Shown here: in pieces, positions 51,414 to 62,692 of the stretch
Layout of the letters: the number at the start of each line of letters is the position of its first letter
Position numbering within the stretch: position 1 is the first letter of the stretch
Assembly: GCA_965202585.1 (NCBI GenBank)
Contig: OZ241828.1
Span: 62,806,001-62,870,000, forward strand
DNA: 64,000 nt
Origin: Thalia democratica
Lineage: Eukaryota
Direction: 5' to 3'
Notes under the pieces: model-generated
Seen by the model: only the letters and a program-made list of their open reading frames with translations
Told to the model about the DNA's origin: nothing
Database searches by the model: none
Translations under genes and position numbers: made by a program

Positions 51414-53077
51414 CTTCGGCTGTTGTTTTCTAAAGTAGTTAAGGAATTAAAAAACAGGTTGTTTTCAGTACTACTCTGTTGAAGAGAATGTGGTTAGGGT
51501 TTTTAAAAGTATTTTCTTACTTGCTTGAATTATTTTGTTAGTTTTTAACTATTATATGTAACTTAGTTTAATTCCTCAATCTGTATAAACAGTATTAACA
51601 GTTTAAAGTCCTGGACATGATATTTGTAATATTCATTCCGTACAGTCTAAAAATTTTTTTAAATTAAACGGATATCTTTATAAGCAGAAAATTCTTTTTG
51701 TCTGATAAAAACCAGCTCGCAGAATGTAGTAGTTGCTACATTAAAATTAGTTTTAAAGTTTTAGTATTTTCATATCATCTACATTGTAAACCCTCACTTA
51801 CTTCATAATAAAGTAATTTCAAATGTTAATTTCACTATTGGTCGTGTTTTAAGGTGGATGTTTTTTTCTTTTTTATTTTTTGATTACAACCATATCAAAA
51901 GTTAATTAATATTTGTACATAAACTTTTTGCACAAAATGTAATATAACATTGTGAATTGAATTATTTTTTGTACTAAAGTCATTATTTTTGATAATAGTA
52001 TCATTTTTAAACATAATAATACTTAATTTAAAAAAAAACATTAACTACATTTAAAAACATCATTTAAAAAAAAACTGACTAAAATCTATAAAATTAACAG
52101 GAATTTTCCTAAAAACAGCTTGAACTTGCTAAAACTTTTCTTTATAGTATAAGTAAAACTTAACAAATTAAATAACTTTGCCTATTTTTCTATTTTTTTA
52201 TCGTTCGATTATTGTCGTAGTAACTAAAAAGCATTTGAAACACAATATCTCAACTATTGCTAAAACAAAATGTAAAAAACTAAATGTGACTTGAAATAAA
52301 AAAACTAAATGTTGGTTGCAAGTGCTGTATTACTAAATTGCAAGTCGTGGCGTTTAGAACAAACTTACTCCCACTCATTTAATTAGGAAGTTACGTAATT
52401 GACACGAGTATCCTATACAGCAAACTAAGCTGTAGTTTTATTTCAACGATATAACTTTAAGGTTTTAGTTTTCTGGCTAATCCAAAGTTACAAAAGAAAT
52501 AGTTGTAAAGTAAAAACAGCTTTCATTTAGGGAAAAAGGTTTGTTAAATTGTATAAAAGATACTGTTTCTTTTTTAGTTGCTACAGCAACCAAATACACA
52601 AACTAGATATAGTTGTTAAAATTGTATTTTATACTAATTTTACGCCACACCTTAATAAAACACGACACTAAAATAAACATGAATTGTTTTTTAAACTTTT
52701 ATTACCGACTGTTTTGGAATAGCGTAAGTTTAACTTTTTCTTTCAGACGTTTCAAATCAAAATATGATCTGCTTTTTACTTATACAGTAGATGGTTTAGA
52801 ATAAACCAACGAAAAAATACATTATAAGTTAGTTTACTTTTTTGTTGTGATCATTAAAATTTCACCTAAAATAGTTTACTTTACTCAATCAAACTTAAAC
52901 AAATTTTTAAAACCTGTTAAAAACTTTAACATACAAACCTGCGTTAATTCAAAAATCGTTTAACTTTAGTTATTTATAGTACATTTTGTGTAGTTATTTG
53001 TCTTCACTAAAAATATTGCTCAATTTACTGAAATGTAAAGAGCTTATCTAATTAAAAATGTCAAGTTAAATACTTAA

Positions 53078-53210
53078 TTTACTACTAGGTTTCGGTGGTA
53101 AAAATTTGCGACCTTTTCAAATATAATAAAATAGTAAACTATACAATTATTATTTTAATATACTTGATAAGGTAGCAATGTTTTTTTTTCCACCGAAACC
53201 TGTTAGTAAA
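53078..53210. mobile_element. Small palindromic MITE-like element
   Basis: 21-bp inverted repeats TTTACTACTAGGTTTCGGTGG and CCACCGAAACCTGTTAGTAAA (2 mismatches) around an AT-rich spacer. Confidence 0.65.
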
Positions 53211-54649
53211 CAAAATATAAAATTTGCAAATATTAACTTAAAATGCTTATTAAAAAAATAATTCTGTACAATTTAAGAAACAAAAAGGTGTTGAAAAACT
53301 TCAGCAACATTTGCAAATAATATTTTTTAATTTTAGTTTTGCAAATTTGAATTAAAGAAGATAAGAAGATAAAGATTCTTATTTGAATTAAAAAGTTGAA
53401 ATAATTTAAGGTTTTCAAAAAAATTTATTGTATCTAAATCAAAATTATAAAAAAATAATAAATTAATTAAACTCATTTTAAACCCTTTACAATATTTTAG
53501 TTTTTAATAAATGAAATTCCTTACTATCATCTTTAATATTTTATTTACTTTGTTTAATGTAGCCTTTACTTAATTTTTAGACTGTGTTAAAAGTAGCTTA
53601 CGTTTAACTGACTAATTATTACAGGTAATATAACAAATAACTGTTTAAACGTTTCAAACTTACTATATACCAATAAATAAACAAAAACTGTAAGTGTTTT
53701 ATTAAACAAGCTTTTCTAGTTTAAAACGTACTAAAATTTGTTTATTTAAAATAACAAATGAAACAATTAAAAAATAAAAAATAAATTAGTTATAATGAAT
53801 ACGTTACTGGCAAAAGTTATATGCTTAATAAATAGTTAAAGTATTAAAATAAGGTGTAGTTTCATTTAACACGCACAGCTTTAAGTTTAAAAAGTTTAAA
53901 TTACACAATTAACTATAAACTAAAATATACATTGAACAATAAACAAACTAAAATATTTGTTAGAAAGAAAAGTTAACTTTGGTTTGATATCTTTTTATAT
54001 TTAAATTTATTCTTAACATCTTTATTATCTGTTTTGAGAAAATTTTTGCTAGTTTTTTATAACTTTTTATATGTTTTTAAAAAGTATAATTATTTTTTTC
54101 TTGCTCAGTGTTACTGTATTTTTTAGAGAAAAATGTTAAAAGTCTAAATTCTTAGTTTATATTTCTACGACAAATTAGTAAAAGTAAGTAAAAATTTAAA
54201 ATATTAGGTTTAATATTCTTTGAGTAAAATTTTATATAAAAAATAAATTGAATATTTATAGTTAATTTTTGTTTTTATTTTATAGTTTATTAAAAATAAT
54301 AGGTTTTTATAGTGTTAACAAAATTTACAAAAAAAATTATTTTATTGCTTAATTAACAACTACCCAACTGTTCAAACAGTCTTGACTTGAAACACAGTTT
54401 TTTAAAGTACCGAACTCATTTAGCGGAATGAAATCTCGTAGACTAGTAAATATTTTTAAGTAGACTCTTCAAGACTATACACATAAAAAAATTGATAAAA
54501 ACAAAACAATTTTTTTTTAGATCGAGAACAAAATAAAAGACGTAACTCAAGAATAAATAAGTCTAACTTAGGAATTAGATATTCTTGAGCCTTGGATTTT
54601 TTAAATTTACACTGTATACTAATAGTTTAAAAAACAACATAAATTATAA

Positions 54650-55045
54650 AGGGTCACTTTTGAAGGGTCTTTCTTGCACGAAGTCACTGTTGCACGGATT
54701 GAGATTTTGGCACGTCATCGCTTTTGTACGAGCAGTCACTTTTGCACGGAGATAGTTTTGCAAAAATAGTAAAGTTTTTAGCAAGAACTTACTTCAAATC
54801 GACAATTTTTTTTTAATAATATTGTTGTTTTGCATTAGGTATGTTTTTAGGTTGTATTAAAACTTAAGTTTATTTACTTAAGGTTAATTAGATTCATTTC
54901 ATTATTCTTATCTTCTTTAACCATGCGTAAATACAGCTTCGTGCAAAATTGACGACTTGTGCAAAACTGTCACTCATGCAAAAGTTACTGAACGCATATT
55001 TGACACTTCTGCAAAATTGACCCTCCGTGTAAAAATGATCCGATG
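54650..55045. mobile_element. CGTGCAAAA-array foldback element
   Basis: Left TTTTGCACG units and right GTGCAAAA units in inverted orientation. Confidence 0.7.
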
Positions 55046-55129
55046 TATTTTATTACATTTTTTTTATTATAAGATTTTAAAAATAAATGTAATAAAAAAA
55101 ACGTAATTGATAAAAATATCTTCACCAAG

Positions 55130-56545
55130 GTGCATTGTGTGTTATGAGAGGAAAACTAATAGAGCAACATTAAAGTGCTCTGCAGCTGATATTGTAAATA
55201 TTTTCGTTAAGGTCTACATATTAATACGAACAATATAACCTTCTGTTTCCTAATTTAATACTTTCAAAAATTTTACAGCCTCCGCAAACGACTTAGAAGC
55301 TGAAGAATCACAACCAAACTGCAGCAACAAAATGAGAATGGAAATCAGGATCCATCCTGAGAGGCATCACAAACACGTGAAGAAGACCTCAAGGACTTCA
55401 ACTACGACACAAGTAAAAATGTCACCAAAGTTTAAAATGACCAAGCCGATAGAAGTGGAATCGTCGACAAAGTCAACAACGAGGAAGCTTAGTGTTAACC
55501 ACGCGGGTGTTTTTAATGGTTTGTATTTTTTTATATACTAAGGTTGAGTGTTTTATCAATATGTTAATATTATGAGAAAACTTTATGTAAAAAAAAACTA
55601 TACCTTGTTTGGTCACTTTGACAACAACACAAATGCTTTAGATCTAAACTAACTTCGAACCAGTTTATCTTTTTGTAAACTATGTCTAATATTACAAAAC
55701 AATTAGTTTTTAAAACAATATTCAATAAAAAAACGAACACGTCTGACTTTTGTTAAACGATTGTTTGTATGTAACAGAAAACGTTTTACAATAAAGTTGA
55801 GGTTAAGACAAATTTTGAAACTTTGCTGTGTCTTAAATGTACATACTTGTAAAAATATACTTTAGTTTGAATGTAAAATATTTTCAGTATAATAAAAATC
55901 TATACTTGATAATCCTTTTTTTTTTGAATATTATCTAAACTAGGGTTTCTAAAACTAATTTTCCTGATTTCCGATACCGCTGAAATTTAGAAATCTTCTC
56001 CCCCTTTATTATATATCGCCTCTTTACTAGTTAAATTTCTATTTACTTTCGCCAGTGTTCTACTAGTTGGCCACTGATAACAAAAACCGGCCCATGTGTG
56101 ATATCTTCCATTTTTGGATACCCTGATCTTACGTTTTTACTTTTGATTTTAGTTTCTAATTTTATTTCTCTCTTATGTCAATTTCTGAATGGCATGTTTA
56201 ACTCAACACTAAGTTTACTTCGAACTTAGTAAAAAGATAGTTTTTGATTTGATTGTGAGAATAAAAACTTTTTAAATCTTTCAACAAATCTCCCAGTAAA
56301 CTATCTATATTAATTATTTTTGGCTCAAATATTATGATACATGTTTAGCAAAACATTAAAGTTTATTTCAACCTTAGTATGAAAACAATTTCAAATGTGT
56401 TTACGTAAATAAGGCCTTTTAAATTTTCTAACAGACCTTCCTAACTCGAATAAGCAGGAGCAACTCAAACACAACGCAATCAAACTTTCTTCTTATTGTG
56501 ACGTCACTTATAGCGTTCACTTTATCAGTTTTTGTCAAAACATGA
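55130..56545 (+). other. Candidate, possibly degenerate, GPI-anchored S/T-rich gene; model unresolved
   Basis: Exon-like segments are 55130-55193 (CIVCYERKTNRATLKCSAADI), 55279-55518 (open 80-codon S/T/K-rich frame) and 56435-56545 (SRSNSNTTQSNFLLIVTSLIAFTLSVFVKT*, GPI-signal-like). The middle exon's open frame is out of phase with both neighbours. Confidence 0.35.
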
Positions 56546-57243
56546 GCTTTACTTTTTAGCATGATATGATGTTGGACAAAGCATAATTCGAGTAAAACAA
56601 GTTTAGGGAAACAAAAGCGGTTGATGGTCAATAAAAATTAGTTAGTTTATATATTTATTTAAGAGCACTGTGCGATCTGCCTGTGCTTATTGTACTGTTT
56701 GTTTTTAGAGTTAAGCAGGCAAACTCAATTTTTAAGTACGTTTAAAAAAATAATTCAGAATGTTTAATAAATGATACCTTACAAAGTTTAATGAAAAAAT
56801 TAAAAAGGTCAACACTGCCTTTTTTTTTGTTTTATACTTTAAAGTATACTTAAAATAAAATGATACATTTTAAAATTAAAGTATAACATTTATTTTTATT
56901 GTAATTTTTAGAAATACAGCAAAAGTTCTTTGATAGCAATCATTGTATTTTTAAAATCTTTATATTAATAACACAACTTTAAGTAGATAAAAACTTAAAA
57001 ATGCTACATATTTGAAACTTATAAATCATTTTTCAAAAAATAAAACTTAAAAGTCTTAAGAAATAGCTATACACTTCTTTTTTTTTTGAAGAAAAACGTG
57101 ATGATTTTTTTTTTCTATTGTTATAATAAACAGTTTTAACTTGGTTTTTTTCTTTTTTTTAATGATGAAAAATATGGCAAATAAACACAAATATATTATT
57201 AGAAACGAATTTTATAAGAATTAGTACACTTTTATTTTGGGGG

Positions 57244-57550
57244 ACGGGTCAAATATGCACAAAGGTAGCTTTTGCACGAAAAGTCATTTCTGTACGTTAG
57301 TAAAAAAAAATGTATAACATACAAGAAAAAAAAAAAGAAATAAAAAATTTATACAATAACAAAAAGAAAGAAAAATACTACCGACCGAGGGAAAGGGTTA
57401 GAGGTAACAGTAATAGTAAAAAAAAATAAAAATAAAATTATTATGATAATGAAAAATTAAAAAAAAATAAAGAAAATAAAAATATTTTTCATCCGTGCAA
57501 AATCTCTTAGTACAAAAGAGTCCCTTCGCGCATATTTAACACAAACCCGT
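57244..57550. mobile_element. Short CGTGCAAAA-array foldback element
   Basis: ACGGG...CCCGT termini, inverted TTTTGCACGA/CGTGCAAAA units, and a central CCGACCGAGGGAAGGGTTAGAGGTAACAGT motif. Confidence 0.75.
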
Positions 57551-60105
57551 TTTTTAATAATAATAAAAGCTTTTCAGCATAAAATTACATTTAAAGCACA
57601 CTAAAATGAACAAATAAAAAAACATTTAGACTGCAAACAGTATACTTAAGCAATAGTAAAAGTGAGTATTTTAAAGTACAAGTATTTAAAAATAAAAAAA
57701 GTAAACATAGTTATTATTGTTGATTTTATACTTAATGGGGTCAACGATATGGTCAAACTTTTGTTATTATATTAATAGAACAAAAAGTTACGAATTATAA
57801 CAACACTCTGTTATAAACACAACCATTGTTAAGAAGCCTGTTTGTTTTACCATTGCAAAGTTTTAATGTCGTAAAACATGTTGTTTTAGCAAAACTTAAT
57901 AAAGTTTCTAAAAAAAAATTACTTAACTTTAATCTTAAAACTTCTTTTATCTGTATTAACAACATATGTTTTATGATACGTTAATTTTTTACCTTATTTT
58001 TACATTAATCTAATACTTTAATAGTTTTTTGTCATTAAAGTTTACTTTGTAACAAAAAAAACATTTTCAAATTTTTTTATGTTAAATTAAGTTGTAAACT
58101 TCTATTACTTTACATGTACAAGCGATTATTGTATACAATGTTTGGTTAAAGATTACAATCTACAAGATGATCGATAATTTAGTGCTTACAAACTGGGTTT
58201 AAAAATATAACTGAATATTTCATTTTTCTAAACTGCTTAACGTTTTAAGGCTAAGCAGCATTTACAAACATCAGTAGTACAACAAATAAATAGTTTTACA
58301 AATGTGTATAATATGTTAAGACACATTAAAACAACTTAGCAAAGAAATATGCATTTGATTTCATTTTATCTCGGTAAAAACATTTTAATTTTTTTAGGTA
58401 AGAAGCAGGTTCAAAAACATTTTTCGACTCAACCAATATTGCTAGAATATGTAAAAAATTACCCATTACCTCAACTTGAAGTTTATTTAGTTTTTATTAT
58501 TAATAAACAAGCCCTTAAGGAGTGTAAAATCTTTCGCTTGGTCAACGTAAACAATGTTCAAAATACTTAATAGAAAAACCGTAATCCGGACTTGAAAAAC
58601 ATAATACTTATAACTGAACTTTCTTTATCCCGTCTTTTCATTACGCGCCCTATTCGAGTTCTTTCCTAAGAAGCTGAACACAATGCACTTGAACTCGTTT
58701 GATCTTCACTTGAGATGAGTGTGAGCGTTAATACTGATAAAAATCAGAAAAATATATTTGATTGATTAGAAAAAGTTGAAAAAAAGGAGACAGTAGTTTA
58801 TCAATGTTGGTAACTTGACCATTTTGTTATCAATTAAAGTATACAGATATTAGAAGATATCATCATATCTTAAATGAATATTTTTGTTAAAACTAATGGT
58901 ATATATCTCATTAAGTTTAAAAACTATGTGTCTTTTGTAAATTTATAGAAAAACTTCTTTAATGTTTTTGAAACAGTAAATGTGTTAGATTAAATTAGTC
59001 AGTTTAAATCATTTTAAATATTTTATTGATACTTTTCTTTAAACTTTTACGATTACTTACGAACGTTTCTAGTATTTTTGTTTTAGTTGTCTTTACTCGA
59101 TTGTTTTATTGTATACAAAAAGTAGCTTACGTTTTGCTGACTAACTACAACGTGTAGCATGACAAATAAATGATTTAAACTAACTAATTTTATTTATTTT
59201 ACCCATGAGTCATTACTGTATATCACTTACTAGACTTACTGTATACAAATTATTAAACAGAAACCGTCACTGTTACGTTTAGCATAAGATGTATTTTTTT
59301 ATAGCATAAAATGTAATCCAGTTTGTTTGTTATTAAGTTGAAATTAAAGAATGTATAAATAAGTACGTTACTGGCAGAAACTTAAGAAAATAAAAACAAA
59401 CATAAAATATTAAACGACATTAACTGAAAATTACCAAAAAAGTAAAAAATGATCAAGTTAAAAAAACGTACTATATGAAAAAACAATTTTCCTTTGTTAA
59501 CTTTTTAAAATTAAAATTATTTTTTTAACATCTATTCTATCTGTTTTTAGCAAATTTTGTTTATTGTTTTTATAATTTTTAGCTGCATCTAATAAGTATA
59601 ATTGTTTTTTTTTTCAATAACATTGTATCGTTAGATAAAATATATTTAAAAATAGTATTTTTCTTTTATTAATCAGTACTCTGCAATTAAAAAACATAGT
59701 AGAATTAAACTTTTTAAAAATATTAGGTCTAGTTGAAAAACGTAATCTTATAAACATCTTTATTTTCAAACACTTTCAATCAACTATTTTTTACCTCATT
59801 TAAACTGATTGCTATATCCAATATCTGCATGTATTTATATTATATGGCTTTGTTAATAACTACCCAAATTAAAAAAATCTTAATTTAAATTATCAACAAA
59901 CTATGATCTTAACATGAAGTATTTATTCTTTAATTTAAACACTAGACATTTTTGAGCCTTGACATTTTGTACCTCGAACCAGATATGTTAGAGTTTGTAA
60001 TAAAAAGTAAAAAATGGTTAGTTGTCTTATAACTAACAGCGAACTAAATTAAAAGGTTATATTTTTCATTCGCAGTTTATAGACTATAATCAGCTTGAAG
60101 ACCAC

Positions 60106-61183
60106 CAGGGGCGTAGCGTGGGGAGGGACACTGGCGCATGCGTGCCACCCAAAAAAGAAAAATGTAAAAAAAAGAATGTAATATCTTTATCCTTTATAGT
60201 TTTTTTTTTTTCTGCTTAATTTGCCTTTTTTCAACTATGTTTATCTAGTGATCAAAAAGTTATCGAAATTTTGAATACCAACAAGTGGCAAAATAGGAAA
60301 GTACATGTTATTACTCAATATACTGATTCGGTGCGTAATTGCAAATGCGCACCGATGTTGTTGAAAAACTCCATAAGGAAAAATTTTATAAGTTTATTAA
60401 CTTCATAAGAATTTAGACTCAAAAAGCACGCAGTTAATATAGCGCACCGCTGTAGTATAACCTTATTGCAGATTATTTTTCTACAAAAAGTTTACAAAAA
60501 TACTTCACGCTTAAAGAAAAATTAAACAAATTTACAATTTTTTCTTATGCTACATTGTTAAGAATACTGCTAGTTTTCTGAACTTTATTTTTGTAAACAT
60601 ACACGAAAAAGCGTGTCGGCATATGAGAAATAAACTTTGTTTGTGATTTTTATTTTAAACAAATACAATCAAATGAACTAAATTTAAAAAGTATACTTTT
60701 ATCTATTTTACAAAGTTGTAATAAACTGTAATAACAGTTATAAAATTGGTCTATTTTAAGTTCTGTGTAACTTTATTAAAATTATGTGCAATGAGGTGTT
60801 GTTATCACTGCTGTATTGTATATTAAAGAGATTGATATTTTTTTCGTAAATAAAACAGATACTTTCGTTTTATTGAATATATAAATTTTTAAAAATATAA
60901 AGTTTACTATAAGTAATAAAACAAATTTTATTTAGTAAATTTACATTTTTGCAAGTATAAGTAATTTTAATGAAGTTTATATTGTTTATTTAATTGTTTA
61001 ATATTCAAATATATAATTATTTTTTAAAACAGTTAACGAACTTATTTTAATAAATAAATTTATTTCAATTATGTCACTTATAAAAAGTTTTTTTTATAGC
61101 TTATTACAAAAGTTTTAGTTTAGAAGTTTTTTTGAGAAAAAAATTTGCGCACCCCCTGACCAAAATACCACGCTACGCCACTG
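60106..61183. mobile_element. Non-autonomous hAT element, 1078 bp
   Basis: 16-bp TIR CAGGGGCGTAGCGTGG/CCACGCTACGCCACTG (1 mismatch), perfect 8-bp TSD AAGACCAC, no transposase ORF. Confidence 0.95.
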
Positions 61184-61803
61184 AAGACCACTAAAGTGTT
61201 TACATTAAAATGAACAAAAAGTTTTTATTAACACCAATAACAGAATGTTTTACTTTAATAATGCTTATCTACAAAAACAACAGTTATAGTTAACTAAACA
61301 TTAATAAAACAAAGTATTTTTAAACTTATTTTTATTCAAAAACTTATATTTCTGTTGAACAATGTAACAAACAGAGTATTTAAGATTGAAGTAGATCTTA
61401 GTTTGCTAATAGGTTTTAAATTGTGTTTTATATCATTAATTATTTAATATTAGAAAATATAAACTATGTTAATAACTTTGTGACAAAATGTCTTTTGTTA
61501 CAATATAACTTATCAACTTAATAAATCCCGAGTCAAGAATAGTAAAATTTACTGTACTTATAAATTAATGAATTTGGTTACTTTAATGACTTTAAATTAT
61601 ACAAACAAAATACTTTATTTACACATTCATTTACTACGCGATAACGTTGCTAACTAATATACAGAGTTCAACAAAAAAGTAATCAGATATTATTGACGTA
61701 AGCTTCAGTTGTCTAGATGCTGTGTGTTTTTATTATAAATAATTAAAATAAGAGAAAAAATTCCCAACAAGCGAGCTAATTTAAATTTTTGGAAACCAAA
61801 AAA

Positions 61804-62692
61804 TCAGGACTTAGTGAATCCTGAGCCTACTGCAATAAAACTGATTAAAAAGTTTCGGAAACACGTGTCCTCGTTGCAAACGAAATGCTTAAAATCGTCT
61901 TTCTAGCCGCTGGTTTGCTCCTTAAACTCCTGATACAGTCTTCTTCGTACGTTTCTTTCGAGCCTTCATCTTCTTTCCGCCTGACGCACTTTTGAAAGGA
62001 TCTTATTTGATTTCGCTCGTTCAACTCGTGTGAACACTTGCAACTTTTTCGACTCCAGTATTTCGTTGACGTATTGTTATAATTAGATATCGTGTTATGA
62101 TTAAACATTGAAAAGTCAATATTGTGATTATTTTTCATCACGGAATATCCGGCTGCAACTGTCGAGCTCTTAGTGTGGTCCTTTTAACCCGGATTGGGAC
62201 CTTTTAAAATCTTTAAAATGTGTGGTTAAGACAGATTTAACATAGAAATTAATTCAAAAGAAGATTTTGAAAACGTACTCTAAATTTACAGTTAATCAGC
62301 TTCACTGCAAAACGGATTTTCTACAATAATAAAAATAAATATCAAAACGGCAAACTTTTCAAAAACAAATAAAACATTGCTAGAAATGTAGTAAGATTTC
62401 AGAAAAACATCATGTTGTACAAGTTTGAATATTATTTTATGGTTTGAAACCTCCTTTTAATATTCCAACAGCATTGTCAAGGCTCGCTTTGTGAAACAAC
62501 AAAATGTTGTCACTTTTCTCTAAGCTTTTTTGGTGCCGTTTTACAACGCGGTATATCTTGTCTACATAAGGAGCGCCTCTGATCATCGTATCTTTGAAAC
62601 ATTTATTGATGATTTCGTAGTCAGAACAGTTAAATTCTATGGCGTGCAATTCGTACATTGAGTATTTGTCATGTTCGTTAGCTATTGAGCGG
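61804..62692 (-). pseudogene. PARP/ADP-ribosyltransferase catalytic-domain pseudogene
   Basis: VDKIYRV...SDNILLFHKASLDNAVGILKGGFKP matches the PARP LLxHG(S/T)..N...IL..GF motif but is followed by TAA. The G-x-G-x-Y segment is not recognisable. A downstream frame gives FKHFVCNEDTCFRNFLISF, which resembles the PARP C-terminal strand. There are several stops and frameshifts. Confidence 0.7.

Larger units (their letters stand above)
53540..59980 (+). repeat. Diverged ~1 kb direct duplication (53540-54620 and 59050-59980)
   Basis: Shared blocks tagcttacgttt..ctgactaa, tacgttactggca, ttaacatct.t..tatctgtttt, aactacccaa, ttgagccttg in the same order. Confidence 0.7.

Noticed and set aside
55130-55193. 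RING finger (CIVCYERK…)
   Set aside because: Only the first CxxC and one more Cys are present; the His and remaining ligands are absent.
61845-62141. 98-aa ORF as an independent gene
   Set aside because: It overlaps the PARP-like remnant, whose recognisable C-terminal motif is in another frame. It has no domain features.
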